DNA of 64,000 nt. Source: an uncultured delta proteobacterium. GTDB taxonomy: Bacteria > Desulfobacterota > Desulfobacteria > Desulfobacterales > JAFDCJ01. The stretch spans positions 32,001 to 96,000 of the forward strand of contig CAVYNY010000009.1 of the NCBI GenBank assembly GCA_963769935.1, read 5' to 3'. The stretch's first letter is position 1. Each line of letters starts with the position of its first letter. Of this stretch, positions 29,831 through 40,300 are shown in pieces. The notes beneath the pieces were generated by a model that saw only the letters and a list, made by a program, of their open reading frames with translations, searched no databases and was not told where the DNA came from. A program made the position numbers and the translations under genes.

Positions 29831-31831
29831 ATGTTCAATATCGGTTTGGGAATCGATGCCGGTGGTACTTACACGGATGCGGTCATTTTCGATATGCCGT
29901 CGAAAAGGGTGGTGTCCAAAAACAAAGCCCTGAGTACCAAATGGAATTTTACGCTCGGCATCGCTGAAACATTAACCGGCCTGGACCAGGCCCTCCTGTC
30001 GCAGGTGCAACTGGTCGCCCTCTCCACCACCCTGGCCACCAATGCCATTGTCGAAGGCCGGGGACAGAAAGTGGGGCTATTGATCATGCCGCCGGCCGGC
30101 CGGTTGGATCGACAGGACATCCCGTATGAACCCAAGGCCCTGCTTGCCGGGCAGATGTCCATCACCGGCCGGGAAATCAGCTCCATCGATGAAGAGCAAG
30201 TGCATCGTGTTTCCCGGACCATGGTTGCAAATGATGGCGTGCAGGTATTTGCGGTTTCCGGCTATGGCGGGTGCATCAATCCGGCGCATGAGACCGCTGT
30301 CAAAAGAATTGTGCAGAAAGCCACCGGACTTCTGGTTACCTGCGGCCATGAGCTTTCGGATATCCTGAACTTCCGCACCCGCGCCCAGACCGCTGTCCTC
30401 AATGCCCGGATCATTCCTTTGCTCGACAGGCTACTGAAAGACCTGGAAAATGTATTGATCGGGCGCGGAATAGAAGCCCCCGTTGTCGTTGTGAGAGGCG
30501 ACGGAACCCTGATGAGCAGCCGCGTGGCCCGGCAGCGTCCTGTGGAAACCATCCTGTCCGGCCCTGCCGCCAGTGTTGCCGGGGCCCAATTTTTAACCGA
30601 TCTGAATAATGCCGTCATCGTGGATATGGGCGGAACCACAACCGATAGTGCCGTCATCGAAGATGGGGTTGCGGAAATCTGCGACGGCGGGGCCGCCGTC
30701 GGGGGTTTCCAAACCCATGTCAAGGCCATGCATATTCGCACGGAGGGCCTCGGCGGCGACAGCCTGATTCAGTGGGACAAAGGCGCTTTTACGGTCGGCC
30801 CCGCGCGGGTGGCGCCGATCTCATGGCTGGCAGCGCATACCTCCGGGACAAATCAGGCCCTGGAATTCCTGCAGCGCAATCTCAACCGCTATGGTTCGTC
30901 ATCGGGCAGCATGCAGCTGTTGACGCTGCTGGCACATCCAACCCGGCGCGGGCTGACGCCATCGGAAGAAAAAATTGTCGACCTGCTGACCATGCGCCCC
31001 CGGGCGATTGATGAACTGGTCCAGCAAACGGGCGCCCATTTTGCCGGCGCACTGGGACTGGAACGCCTCGAGCAGACATTCATCGTTCAGCGCTGCGGCT
31101 TTACCCCGACCGACCTGCTGCACATCGAAAATCAATTTACCCGCTGGAATCGTGAGGCTGCAATAACCATGGGACAGCTGTTTGCCCAAATCTGCCGGCG
31201 TGATTTACATGCCATGACAGCCGATCTGCTGACCGGCGTCACCGAAAAACTGACCCTTGAAATTTTAAAAACCCAGCTGGATGAAGAAGCAGATCCGGTG
31301 GGTCTGGAGCAAATCCCGGCCGGCCGGACCCTGCTCGAAAACCTGCTCAAGGGGGGCAACCGCCGGTTTACCGTCAGCGTCCGTCTGCACCACCCGGTGA
31401 TCGGAATCGGAGCGCCCGTTCATTTTTTCCTGCCGCAGGCGGCCGCAACACTTGGCGCCCAAGTCGTCATCCCGGAGAATGCCGACGTGGCCAATGCCAT
31501 CGGCGCCATAACCGGCCGCATTGCCCTCCGCCGCAAAATCGACATTATCGCACCGCAGCCCGGACGCTATCAGGTCGTGGGACTGGCCGGTGTTAAAAAT
31601 TTCAGCGACCTTGCTGAGGCGGATGCCTACGCCGAAGAACTCCTGACGAATCGGATCCGGGAGTTGGCGCAGGCGGCCGGCACCAGTGCGACCCGGGTCT
31701 CTATCCGGCGGGAGGACCGCACGCCGACGGCCGCCGGCGGCAGCAGCATCTTTCTGGGACGCACCATTTTCGGCCAGCTGATCGGCCAGCCGGATCTGGT
31801 GCTGGAGGAATACGGGAAACGGGTGAATTAA
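29831..31831 (+). CDS. hydantoinase/oxoprolinase A-family (ASKHA-fold) protein
   Basis: GIDAGGTYTD, STTLATNA, SGPAAS, DMGGTTTD, GLGGDS, ANAIGA. Confidence 0.85.
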   Translation: MFNIGLGIDAGGTYTDAVIFDMPSKRVVSKNKALSTKWNFTLGIAETLTGLDQALLSQVQLVALSTTLATNAIVEGRGQKVGLLIMPPAGRLDRQDIPYEPKALLAGQMSITGREISSIDEEQVHRVSRTMVANDGVQVFAVSGYGGCINPAHETAVKRIVQKATGLLVTCGHELSDILNFRTRAQTAVLNARIIPLLDRLLKDLENVLIGRGIEAPVVVVRGDGTLMSSRVARQRPVETILSGPAASVAGAQFLTDLNNAVIVDMGGTTTDSAVIEDGVAEICDGGAAVGGFQTHVKAMHIRTEGLGGDSLIQWDKGAFTVGPARVAPISWLAAHTSGTNQALEFLQRNLNRYGSSSGSMQLLTLLAHPTRRGLTPSEEKIVDLLTMRPRAIDELVQQTGAHFAGALGLERLEQTFIVQRCGFTPTDLLHIENQFTRWNREAAITMGQLFAQICRRDLHAMTADLLTGVTEKLTLEILKTQLDEEADPVGLEQIPAGRTLLENLLKGGNRRFTVSVRLHHPVIGIGAPVHFFLPQAAATLGAQVVIPENADVANAIGAITGRIALRRKIDIIAPQPGRYQVVGLAGVKNFSDLAEADAYAEELLTNRIRELAQAAGTSATRVSIRREDRTPTAAGGSSIFLGRTIFGQLIGQPDLVLEEYGKRVN

Positions 31832-31926
31832 TCGTCTCGGAAATTTTACAATTTAATGAAAATGCGGAGAACTTTATCTAATTATAAGCCATGCGCCGGG
31901 CTAACTGGGCAAAGTTTTGTGCTTCA

Positions 31927-33825
31927 TCATACCACCAATACCGGGATCCCCACCCTGTGACGCACCGGATCAACCGTTTGTCCCCAAAGCAGGTCGCCGA
32001 TCAACCGGTGTCCGTGCGATCCCATGACCAGCATATCGACTCCGTGCGACTCTGCAAAGCTGATCAATTCCCTGGAGGGATCACCTTGGGGGAGCGCAAT
32101 TTCCACCGCAACCCCGGCCGCCCGCACCTCTACTGCGATTTCCAGCAGATATTGTTCATCGTCACGCGTATGCTCATCATACGCATCGCTGCTGTAAAAT
32201 TGCGCCGGAGCGGAATCGGTCACATGAATCAGGGTGAGCAGTGCTCCCGCCGCCTTTGCCAAGGATAGGGCCCGGCCGACAATCGCAGTGTCGCTGTCGT
32301 CCCGTCCCAGTGCCGCCGCAATATGCTTCGAGCGATGAGATTTGATCCCCTCGATGACCACCGAAGCCCCGGTGGGCTTCTCTGCCCTCCAGCTTTTTTC
32401 CCCGCGAATCAACGGCAGCAAAATAATGTACACGAGAAAAAATGAGATTGCTGCCGCAATGCCGATCGTCAGAATCGAGACCAGCAGAGGAGCGCCACCC
32501 TCTGTCCATTCCATGATCTGGTCATACACCAGTTTACCGTTCAGCACGATGATGACGACGGAAGTGGTCCATGCCAACACCTTTACCCACAATTTGCTGG
32601 CGAAGGAGCCCATTTTCAGCTTATCGCTTGTGAAATGCACCAGCGGAACGATGGCAAACGGCAATTGCAGACTGAGAATCACCTGGCTTAAAATCAGCAG
32701 CTTGTACGTTCCCTCATCCCCCGAGATCCAAATTACCACCACCGCCGGCAGCAGCGCGATGGAACGCGTGATCAGGCGTCGCAGGTAGGGTCTCAGCCGA
32801 ATCCTGACAAACCCTTCCATCACGATTTGTCCTGCCAGTGTGCCCGTCAAAGTCGAGCTTTGCCCTGATGCGAGCAGCGCCAGTCCGAAGGCGATGGGAG
32901 CGGCCTGCGTCCCCAGAAGTTGTTCCAGCAACTTGTATGCCTGCTGAATCTCGGTTACGACGATCCCGTTACGATAAAACACTGCCGCCGCCAGGACAAG
33001 GATCGCTGCGTTCACAAAAAAGGCCGCATTCAAGGCGATCATGGAATCGAGGAAGTTATACTTGCAAGCCTGTGACTTCGAATCTATTGTCCGCGATACC
33101 CGGCGTGTCTGCACCAGCGAGGAATGCAGGTATAGGTTGTGCGGCATCACGGTCGCGCCGATGATCCCCAGAATGATGTACAGCGACCCCACGGGCAGGG
33201 AAGGGGCAAGCCCGGCCGCAGCCGCGCCCCAATCCGGTTTCGCCAGAAACAGGTTGACAACGAAACCACCGGCAATGACGCTTATCAGGGACAGGATGAA
33301 CGCTTCCATCTTGCGAATCCCTAATTTCTGGATCGCAAGCAGCACGAAGGTATCTAACAAGGTCACCAGCGCTCCCCAGAGCAGGGGTAGTCCGAAGAGA
33401 AGATTCAACCCGAGTATAGTGCCCAGCAATTCCGCGAGGTCGGTGGCAGCAATGGCAATCTCGCATAGAATCCAAAGTGCGAAGGAGGCTGTTTTAGAAT
33501 ATTCCGATCGGCAGGCCTGTGCCAAATCCTTTCCGGTGACAATCCCGAGGCGCGCAGCCAATGTCTGCAAGAGCACCGCCATCAGGTTCGACATCAGGAT
33601 CACCCAGATCAGCGCGTAGCCGAAGCGTGATCCCCCTTCCAGGTCGGTCGCCCAGTTGCCCGGATCCATGTAGCCCACACTGACCAAGTAGGCCGGTCCT
33701 GCAAAAGCAAATATGCGCTTCCATAATTTGGGATGCCGGGTCTCGACGCTGCTATGAACCTCTTCAAGGGATTTGTCGTTGAAATTCGGCCTGGATTGTG
33801 CTTTATGGGTTTGTTTTGTCTCCAT
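31927..33825 (-). CDS. mntH: Nramp Mn/Fe transporter with C-terminal USP domain
   Basis: YMDPGNWATD, GATVMPHNLYLHS, C-terminal VMGSHGH USP motif. Confidence 0.92.
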   Translation of the reverse strand: METKQTHKAQSRPNFNDKSLEEVHSSVETRHPKLWKRIFAFAGPAYLVSVGYMDPGNWATDLEGGSRFGYALIWVILMSNLMAVLLQTLAARLGIVTGKDLAQACRSEYSKTASFALWILCEIAIAATDLAELLGTILGLNLLFGLPLLWGALVTLLDTFVLLAIQKLGIRKMEAFILSLISVIAGGFVVNLFLAKPDWGAAAAGLAPSLPVGSLYIILGIIGATVMPHNLYLHSSLVQTRRVSRTIDSKSQACKYNFLDSMIALNAAFFVNAAILVLAAAVFYRNGIVVTEIQQAYKLLEQLLGTQAAPIAFGLALLASGQSSTLTGTLAGQIVMEGFVRIRLRPYLRRLITRSIALLPAVVVIWISGDEGTYKLLILSQVILSLQLPFAIVPLVHFTSDKLKMGSFASKLWVKVLAWTTSVVIIVLNGKLVYDQIMEWTEGGAPLLVSILTIGIAAAISFFLVYIILLPLIRGEKSWRAEKPTGASVVIEGIKSHRSKHIAAALGRDDSDTAIVGRALSLAKAAGALLTLIHVTDSAPAQFYSSDAYDEHTRDDEQYLLEIAVEVRAAGVAVEIALPQGDPSRELISFAESHGVDMLVMGSHGHRLIGDLLWGQTVDPVRHRVGIPVLVV

Positions 33826-33928
33826 ATATCTATACCGGATCTCCGAATGCTTTTGCGAGAGAGATTATCACTTATGATAGAAGATCAACCTTAATAAATT
33901 ATTAAGAAATTATATGGATGGCTTTTCC

Positions 33929-34030
33929 TCATGCCGGTCGCGGCCGCTCCCATCTTTGATAGGCCTTTAAGAAGAGGTCCCGGCGCATGTTCGCGTGCCT
34001 AAGGTAAGAAGATTTGGCTTTAAATTGCAT
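33929..34030 (-). CDS. putative 33-aa small protein or leader peptide
   Basis: AGGAGG RBS 4 nt before ATG, MQFKAKSSYLRHANMRRDLFLKAYQRWERPRPA*. Confidence 0.4.
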   Translation of the reverse strand: MQFKAKSSYLRHANMRRDLFLKAYQRWERPRPA

Positions 34031-34392
34031 AAAACCTCCTGTATGTCAATCCCCGCTGGTGACACTGCTGGTCGTTTCTTCCGCGGAATCAGAACCCGCC
34101 CTGCACTCCCCGCAGGAGAATTCGGAGTTCTGATTCCACCCGCAATAAGAAACGGCAGTTCCTGATGCCATCTCGCAATTTTTTCTATTTAAAATCAAAC
34201 TGTTACATTTAGAATCCTCAACCCCTGCCGTCCCCGACGCTCGATTGAGGGAATTGGCGCTTCCAGACGGGCAATTCTCAAAATAAATATTTTGTATAAT
34301 TACAAATACATATATTATTGGCCTCTGTTTTGCTTATTTATTTGAGACCCGCAAAAAACAACTTCCAACGTTCATAAAGAAAGGAATCCAAT

Positions 34393-34692
34393 ATGGAACC
34401 GGTAAGCAAAAGTGAAATTCTGAAACGTTTGGAAACTCTCCAACCCGGAGAAAAATTGAAGATGCGCACGAGTCCGACCTTCGGTGAAATGACGGTTATC
34501 TTCGAGCTGAACCCTGCCTGGCCGAAAAAAGGCCAAAAGAAATTTTTGTTGTGGGTAGGAAAAACCGAGGCCGCTGCCCGCAAGGACAGACCTTTCAACC
34601 AATCGGATAAGCCCCAGAAGCTGGCTGCCTGGGCCGCCGAGCGCTGGACCCAGTGGCTGCGGGAGGAAACAATCACAGACAAAGCGGCTTAA
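34393..34692 (+). CDS. hypothetical protein (99 aa)
   Basis: AAGGA RBS, plausible composition, followed by a terminator. Confidence 0.65.
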   Translation: MEPVSKSEILKRLETLQPGEKLKMRTSPTFGEMTVIFELNPAWPKKGQKKFLLWVGKTEAAARKDRPFNQSDKPQKLAAWAAERWTQWLREETITDKAA

Positions 34693-34815
34693 GCCCCGCC
34701 TTTGACCCTGGCCCGTTTCCTCACCCAACTCAAGATATTCGTACATTCATTGGGCAGCGGTAGGCCCTAATTTTCCGATCAATAAAGACAGCGGCGCACA
34801 GCGATAATAACCAAA

Positions 34816-34842
34816 GAAGCCGATCCGAAACGGATCGGCTTC
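34816..34842. terminator. intrinsic terminator between convergent genes
   Basis: GAAGCCGATCCG-AAA-CGGATCGGCTTC, 12-bp stem. Confidence 0.7.
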
Positions 34843-34941
34843 CCCATCCCCGATACCATTGAAAAATCTCGATCGCTTGTCCAGGACACCCTCTCGACTT
34901 TCCCCTCGGACTCTCAGCGAGATAAACTTCTTCAAAGTCTT

Positions 34942-35673
34942 TTATCGCATGAAAAGCCCCCCATTGACGTCGATCGTTTCGCCGTGCAGAAAGTTGTTAT
35001 CCATAATAAACTTTATCGTGCGGGCGATGTGAATAGGATCACCGTTTATTTGCAGCGGACATGCTTTGCGCCAGGCTTCCAGCTGCTCGGGGGTGGAAAC
35101 TTTATCATGAAACGGGGTAACGATCACCCCCGGCGCCACAGCGTTTACCCGAATGCGAGGCGCCAATTCTTTGGCAAGGCCCCGGGTAAAGGAATCCAGG
35201 GCCGCTTTTGAGGCGGCATAAATGGTGGCGGTCGGTCCGCCATGTCGTATGGCAACTGAACTTATGTTGATGATATTCGGATCTTCCCCTTTCTCGAGCA
35301 TCGGTATGAACAGGGAGGTGACCATCATCGCTGAAAATGTGTTTAAAGCAAAAATCTCCTCCATCAGACGCCACTCGTAATCCCGGGCCGGCTGCCTTTT
35401 TATCAGTCCGCCCGCATTGTTGACGAGTGCATCCAGTTTATCCGCTTTTGCCGCAACGGCCTTGAACAGCGCCCGGCAGCCCTCTTCTTTGGACAAATCC
35501 GCCTGCACAGGCTGAGGTCTCCCCCCTTTCGCTTCGACGTCGGCGGCCACTTTTTCCGCTGCCTCTTTGGATGCATTATAGTGAATGAAGACTTGATTGC
35601 CGGCCGCCAGATGGCGGGCCGTCTCAGCCCCTAAGCCGGTGCTGGCTCCTGTAATAAGTATAACTTTAGACAT
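34942..35673 (-). CDS. SDR-family oxidoreductase
   Basis: TGASTGLG, NNAG, YAASK, VNAVAPG. Confidence 0.9.
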   Translation of the reverse strand: MSKVILITGASTGLGAETARHLAAGNQVFIHYNASKEAAEKVAADVEAKGGRPQPVQADLSKEEGCRALFKAVAAKADKLDALVNNAGGLIKRQPARDYEWRLMEEIFALNTFSAMMVTSLFIPMLEKGEDPNIINISSVAIRHGGPTATIYAASKAALDSFTRGLAKELAPRIRVNAVAPGVIVTPFHDKVSTPEQLEAWRKACPLQINGDPIHIARTIKFIMDNNFLHGETIDVNGGLFMR

Positions 35674-35814
35674 AATTACTCCTCCCGGATAATATGAATA
35701 GGTAAATTCAGTTGGTTGTGTTTATTGTGTTTATTGAGTTTCTTCTTGATGCACCCAATTTCAACCGGTTGCAGCCTTTGAACCCTGAACCGTGAACCCT
35801 GAACCGGCTTGTGG

Positions 35815-36642
35815 TTACTTCAAATTGGGCAACGCAACCGCGTCCATATCGCTGAAGGTCTGATTGTCACCCAGCATACCCCAGATAAAGGAATAATTCG
35901 AAGTCCCGGCCCCGGCGTGGATCGACCAGCTGGGGGAAATGACCGCTTCTTCATTGCGCATGACAAGATGGCGGGTTTCATCCGGTTGGCCCATCAGGTG
36001 CAGCATTATTGCAGCCGGCGCTAAATCAAAATAAAAATACACTTCCATGCGTCGCTCATGCGTATGGCAGGGCATGCTGTTCCACACACTGCCGGACTCA
36101 AGAACCGTCATCCCCATTACCAGCTGGCAGCTTGGCACACCGTCCGGATGAATATACTTGTAGATCACGCGGACGTTGGCCTCCCGGGGCGAACCTAAAC
36201 TGGTGATTTCAGTTTCGGCGCTCGTGACCCTAACCGACGGATACTGCTTATGGGCCGGGCCGCTAAGCATGTAAAAGCGCGCCGGGTTCTCCGGTTCAAC
36301 GCTTGTGAATACGACCTCTTTTGTATTCCGGCCGATGTAAAGGCCGTCGGTTTTATTGAGTTCAAAATCCCGGCCGTCGACCTTGACCTTGCCCGGGGGG
36401 CCGACATTGATAATGCCCATCTCCCGGCGTTCCAAAAAGTACGCCGTGCCCAGTTCCTTGCCGGCCTCCAGTGCCAGCGGGCCGGCCGGGCATATACCGC
36501 CGATGATCATACGGTCAAAATGGCTGTAGGTCAAGGTCATCCTGCCGCGGGTAAAGAGTGACTGCAGCAGAAACTCCGAGCGGATGCGGTCGGTACTGTA
36601 CCCTTGAAAATCAGTTGGGTGTGATGGATATCTTATCTCCAT
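35815..36642 (-). CDS. kduI: 5-dehydro-4-deoxy-D-glucuronate isomerase
   Basis: YSH.DRMI.GG, YFLERREMG, SCQL.MG, WN.MPCHTHERRMEVY.YF, SPSWSIH. Confidence 0.93.
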   Translation of the reverse strand: MEIRYPSHPTDFQGYSTDRIRSEFLLQSLFTRGRMTLTYSHFDRMIIGGICPAGPLALEAGKELGTAYFLERREMGIINVGPPGKVKVDGRDFELNKTDGLYIGRNTKEVVFTSVEPENPARFYMLSGPAHKQYPSVRVTSAETEITSLGSPREANVRVIYKYIHPDGVPSCQLVMGMTVLESGSVWNSMPCHTHERRMEVYFYFDLAPAAIMLHLMGQPDETRHLVMRNEEAVISPSWSIHAGAGTSNYSFIWGMLGDNQTFSDMDAVALPNLK

Positions 36643-36671
36643 AATGCGCAATCCTTTCCAGTTAAAAAAAT

Positions 36672-36812
36672 TAAGGTTTCGGATGTCAGCTCGGCCGCCG
36701 GCCAAAACAACGGCCGGTCTGATCGAAAAAGAAACATAATAGTTCACCGCAGAGCCCGCAGCCTCCGGCCCATAGGGCCTACGCCCCGGTGGGAGAACGC
36801 CGAGAAAGAAAA
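36672..36812. repeat. composite repeat R2, copy 1
   Basis: About 60 bp nearly identical to 55410-55469 (CCGCCGGCCAAAACA.....CTGATCGAAAAAGAAACATAAT.GTTCACCGC). Confidence 0.85.
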
Positions 36813-36833
36813 GTTAAATTAATCTTAAGGCGC

Positions 36834-37601
36834 TTACATCGCCAAATAGCCGCCGTCGACAAAAATCACCTGGCCGGTGATGTAGTCGGAAGCGGCGGAA
36901 GCCAGAAAAACAGCGGTTCCGGCCAGGTCCTGCGGGTCCGCCCAGCGCCCAAGGGGAATTCGTGCGGTTATCGCATTATAGCGCTCCTCGTTTTTCTGCA
37001 AGGCCTGGGTCAAGTCAGTCTTGACCCAGCCGGGCCCAATCGCATTCACGTTGATGCCGTATTGCCCGAAATCGTTGCACATGGCCTTGGTCAGCTGGGT
37101 CAGGCCGCCTTTGCTGGCCGCATAGGAGGGTACCGTTTTACCGCCGAAAACCGCAATCAGTGAAGATGTATTTATGATCTTGCCCTTAATTTTTTTAGAT
37201 ATCATGATCCGCGCCGCAGCCTGAGCCAGCAGAAATGGTCCGGTCAGGTTGACCTGCAATACCTCCTCCCAGGCCTCGCTGGAATGTTCTTCGGATGCCT
37301 GCCGGTGGATAGTACCGGCATTGTTAAATAAAAAATCTATTTTGCCGAATTCAGTTACGGTCCGGTCTACCAGTGATTGGATACTTTCGTGGTTTTTCAT
37401 GTCGACCGCCAGCGGCACCAGTCGGCCGCCGGTGCCGGCGAATTCTCTGACAGTATTTTCCAGCTTTGCAAGAGTGCGGCCTGCGACCGCTACATCAGCG
37501 CCGGCTTCGGCCAGGCCCGCGGCTATCGCCTTGCCGATCCCGGAACCGGCACCGGTGACGATGCCGCTTTTTCCACTCAGGCTGAATTTATCCAAAATCA
37601 T
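36834..37601 (-). CDS. kduD: 2-keto-3-deoxygluconate dehydrogenase-like SDR
   Basis: TGAGSGIG, NNAG, VPSYAASKGG, RIP.GRW, adjacent to kduI. Confidence 0.8.
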   Translation of the reverse strand: MILDKFSLSGKSGIVTGAGSGIGKAIAAGLAEAGADVAVAGRTLAKLENTVREFAGTGGRLVPLAVDMKNHESIQSLVDRTVTEFGKIDFLFNNAGTIHRQASEEHSSEAWEEVLQVNLTGPFLLAQAAARIMISKKIKGKIINTSSLIAVFGGKTVPSYAASKGGLTQLTKAMCNDFGQYGINVNAIGPGWVKTDLTQALQKNEERYNAITARIPLGRWADPQDLAGTAVFLASAASDYITGQVIFVDGGYLAM

Positions 37602-37625
37602 CTTGGCCTCCAGTTATCTTATCGG

Positions 37626-38381
37626 TCAGCGCTGCCCCCGATGGTTTGGGCCGGATATGGCTTCCGCGTGGGCTTTGATCGCACGAATTTCCCTGTCGAT
37701 CCCCCTGTCACTGTAAATGTAGGATGGAAACGCCATACTGATGGCACAGGTGACTTCACCGGCAATACCGAAAACCGGCGCCGCCACACACATAACACCG
37801 CGGGTAATTTCTTCCCAATCAACCGCGTATCCGCTATTTTTTACTTTTTCCAGTTCTTTCAGCAGCATCTTTTTCCCGGTAATGGTATTATCGGTGTAGG
37901 CTGGCAACGGTTGCGACAAAATTTTTCCCGTCTCCTCCCCGGCGGCATAAGCCAACAGGACCTTACCCATCGCCGTACAATGCAGCGGGAAACTTTTTCC
38001 TATCTCGGAAAAAAGTTTGATCCCAAAATCGCGCGATTCGATCTTATCAACAAAAATTCCGGCCTCCCCGCTTTTAATTCCCATATTACAGGTATGTTCG
38101 GTTTCCTGGTGCAGCTTAATAAGCTGGGGGTGGACTTGTTGACGCAGGTCGAAATTGGACATCACTTCGGCACCAAGGCCGGCCAGTTTGAGCGTGCCGC
38201 GGTACATTTTGGTATCCGTACCGTAGGACAAGTACCCGATACCGGTTAAGTATTTTAAGATACGATGAGCCGTGGATTTGGGCAGTCCGGTTTTAGCAAC
38301 AACCCCGGCAAAGTTCAGCCCTGTGCTCTGATGGGAAACGATCGTCTCGATAACCGTAAATACTTTCTCTAGTGAGCTCAA
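37626..38381 (-). CDS. IclR/KdgR-family regulator
   Basis: LPKSTAHRIL HTH, HCTAMGK.LLA, CVAAPV. Confidence 0.9.
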   Translation of the reverse strand: MSSLEKVFTVIETIVSHQSTGLNFAGVVAKTGLPKSTAHRILKYLTGIGYLSYGTDTKMYRGTLKLAGLGAEVMSNFDLRQQVHPQLIKLHQETEHTCNMGIKSGEAGIFVDKIESRDFGIKLFSEIGKSFPLHCTAMGKVLLAYAAGEETGKILSQPLPAYTDNTITGKKMLLKELEKVKNSGYAVDWEEITRGVMCVAAPVFGIAGEVTCAISMAFPSYIYSDRGIDREIRAIKAHAEAISGPNHRGQR

Positions 38382-38932
38382 ATATATTTATTCCCAGGTT
38401 GGGAGGCGGAAACCGGTTCGCCGGGTAAAGGCTTCTGCCGGACCCTCCCCGGTGCAGCAATTTCCAAAATAATTTTAATAACACTTTGGACGCAATAGCC
38501 CGTCATGATGGCACCTGCAATGGGCATGCTCGCATACCACAGCGGCCGCGGCCATTCCAGGATAGGCGATCGATCATTGGCCGCTGCAGTGAGCAGATAT
38601 GCATAATAAGTAAAAATAACAAAAAAGCAAAGCGAGAGCAGTCCGACCAGCAGGCTATGGAACAGACCGCAGCGCAGTTGTCCCAGTTTGCCGGAAAGCG
38701 CATCAACGCAAAAATGTTCATTGCGGCGCCAGAGGGCGGCCGCGCCCATAAAAACCAGCCAGGCAAAAGCCCATTCGATTGCTTCGTCCGACCAGCTTAA
38801 TTTGGCGATCGGGACGAAGCGCACGAATACCACGCCGCTCAATACCACCGCCAGCATTACAAAACACCCAATGCTGAACCATCGCAGGGTTCGCTCTATC
38901 CAGCCGTCTAATTTTATTAAGAATTGCAGCAT
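38378..38932 (-). CDS. TRAP small permease (DctQ)
   Basis: 4 TM helices, WSDE, W.VF.GA, EHF.VD. AAGGAG RBS. Confidence 0.85.
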   Translation of the reverse strand: MLQFLIKLDGWIERTLRWFSIGCFVMLAVVLSGVVFVRFVPIAKLSWSDEAIEWAFAWLVFMGAAALWRRNEHFCVDALSGKLGQLRCGLFHSLLVGLLSLCFFVIFTYYAYLLTAAANDRSPILEWPRPLWYASMPIAGAIMTGYCVQSVIKIILEIAAPGRVRQKPLPGEPVSASQPGNKYI

Positions 38933-38976
38933 GGCTCCTTCTCGTGAGACTGTCCCGCCGGAACGGATAACTTCTC

Positions 38977-40263
38977 CTAACGCGGCATCAGCAGATCGGG
39001 TATTCCCAGCGAAAATACCGGCACATAGGTAATCAGGATCAGAACGAAGAATATGCCGAGCAGATAGGGCCAGAGTTCTTTTGACAAAGCGCCTACCGGA
39101 ACATTGCTGATGCTTGCCACGGCATAGAGCGACATTCCCACCGGTGGTGTGAGCAATCCCAGCATCGAGCACAGAATCATGATCACCCCGAATTGAATCG
39201 GATCCACCCCGAATTGTTCGATCAGCGGCATAAAAACCGGTATGGTTATAACCAGCACGGCGATGCCTTCCAGAAAGCAGCCTAAAATGAGCAGTATGGC
39301 AATAATGATCAAAAGGAGCACCCACCGGGTGCTGCTCAATGAGGTCAGACCGCTAATTACCTGCTGCGGTATCCGCTGGTGGATCAGCAGCCATCCGAGG
39401 AAGCCCGCCGCAGCAATTATAAATAAAACTTTAACGCTTTGAACAATGGTTTCCCACAGGATGTCCGCCAAATCTTTGATTCTGATCTCGCGGTATACGA
39501 AAAGGCCCAGCAGCAGGGCATAAATCGAGGCTACCACGGCAGCTTCCGTAGGGGTAAAAATACCGCCCAGGATGCCGCCGATAATCAGGACCGGCATAAA
39601 CAATGCAAAAGATGACCCCCAGGCACTGATCAGTAATTCCTTTAGAGATGCCCTCTGGCCCCTGGGAAAACCGCGTCGTTTGGAAACAAAATAAACGGCG
39701 ATCATCATAGCCAGACCCATCATCACCCCCGGCAGACATCCGGCGAGAAAAAGACGGCCGACCGACTCGCCGGTCATGCTGCCGTAAATTACAAAAGGAA
39801 TGCTGGGAGGGACCACCGGGCCGATCGTAGACGATGCCGCCGTAATGGCGGCACTGAATCGAAGGCCGTAACCGGCTTTTTTCATGGCTTCCAATTCGAC
39901 GAGACCCAGGCCGGCCGCATCGGCCACCGCGGCGCCGGACATGCCTGAAAAAATCATGCTCGAAACCACATTGACGTGCCCGAGTCCACCCTGCAAGTGG
40001 CCGACCAAGGCCTGGGCAAAGCGAAAGATCCGGTGGGTGATCCCACCCCTGTTCATCAAATTACCGGCCAGAATGAAGAAGGGTATTGCCAGCAGCGTAA
40101 AGCCGGTGGTCGCCGAATACATGCGTTGCGCCAGCATCGGCAAAACAAAAGCCTCACCCAGAAAAATAAAGGTTCCCACAGCCGTCAGACCCATGGCCAC
40201 GGCAATCGGGACTCCCAGAAAGATGAGCGCTACCAGCACGCCGAATATCGCCAACGTCAGCAT
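38977..40263 (-). CDS. TRAP large permease (DctM)
   Basis: LLAIPFFILAG, SG.AVAD, PPSI, FTPTEA, TPPVG. Confidence 0.93.
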   Translation of the reverse strand: MLTLAIFGVLVALIFLGVPIAVAMGLTAVGTFIFLGEAFVLPMLAQRMYSATTGFTLLAIPFFILAGNLMNRGGITHRIFRFAQALVGHLQGGLGHVNVVSSMIFSGMSGAAVADAAGLGLVELEAMKKAGYGLRFSAAITAASSTIGPVVPPSIPFVIYGSMTGESVGRLFLAGCLPGVMMGLAMMIAVYFVSKRRGFPRGQRASLKELLISAWGSSFALFMPVLIIGGILGGIFTPTEAAVVASIYALLLGLFVYREIRIKDLADILWETIVQSVKVLFIIAAAGFLGWLLIHQRIPQQVISGLTSLSSTRWVLLLIIIAILLILGCFLEGIAVLVITIPVFMPLIEQFGVDPIQFGVIMILCSMLGLLTPPVGMSLYAVASISNVPVGALSKELWPYLLGIFFVLILITYVPVFSLGIPDLLMPR

Positions 40264-40300
40264 GACCTGCGTCCCTTCCGACCGGTTTTATCCGGTGCTG

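Noticed and set aside
34155..34170. Minus-strand TGGCATCAGGAACTGC as a sigma54 promoter
   Set aside because: GG-to-GC spacing is 11, not the required 10
38933..39325. Long N-terminus of the 315-aa DctQ ORF
   Set aside because: Overlaps dctM. RBS supports the start at 38932.
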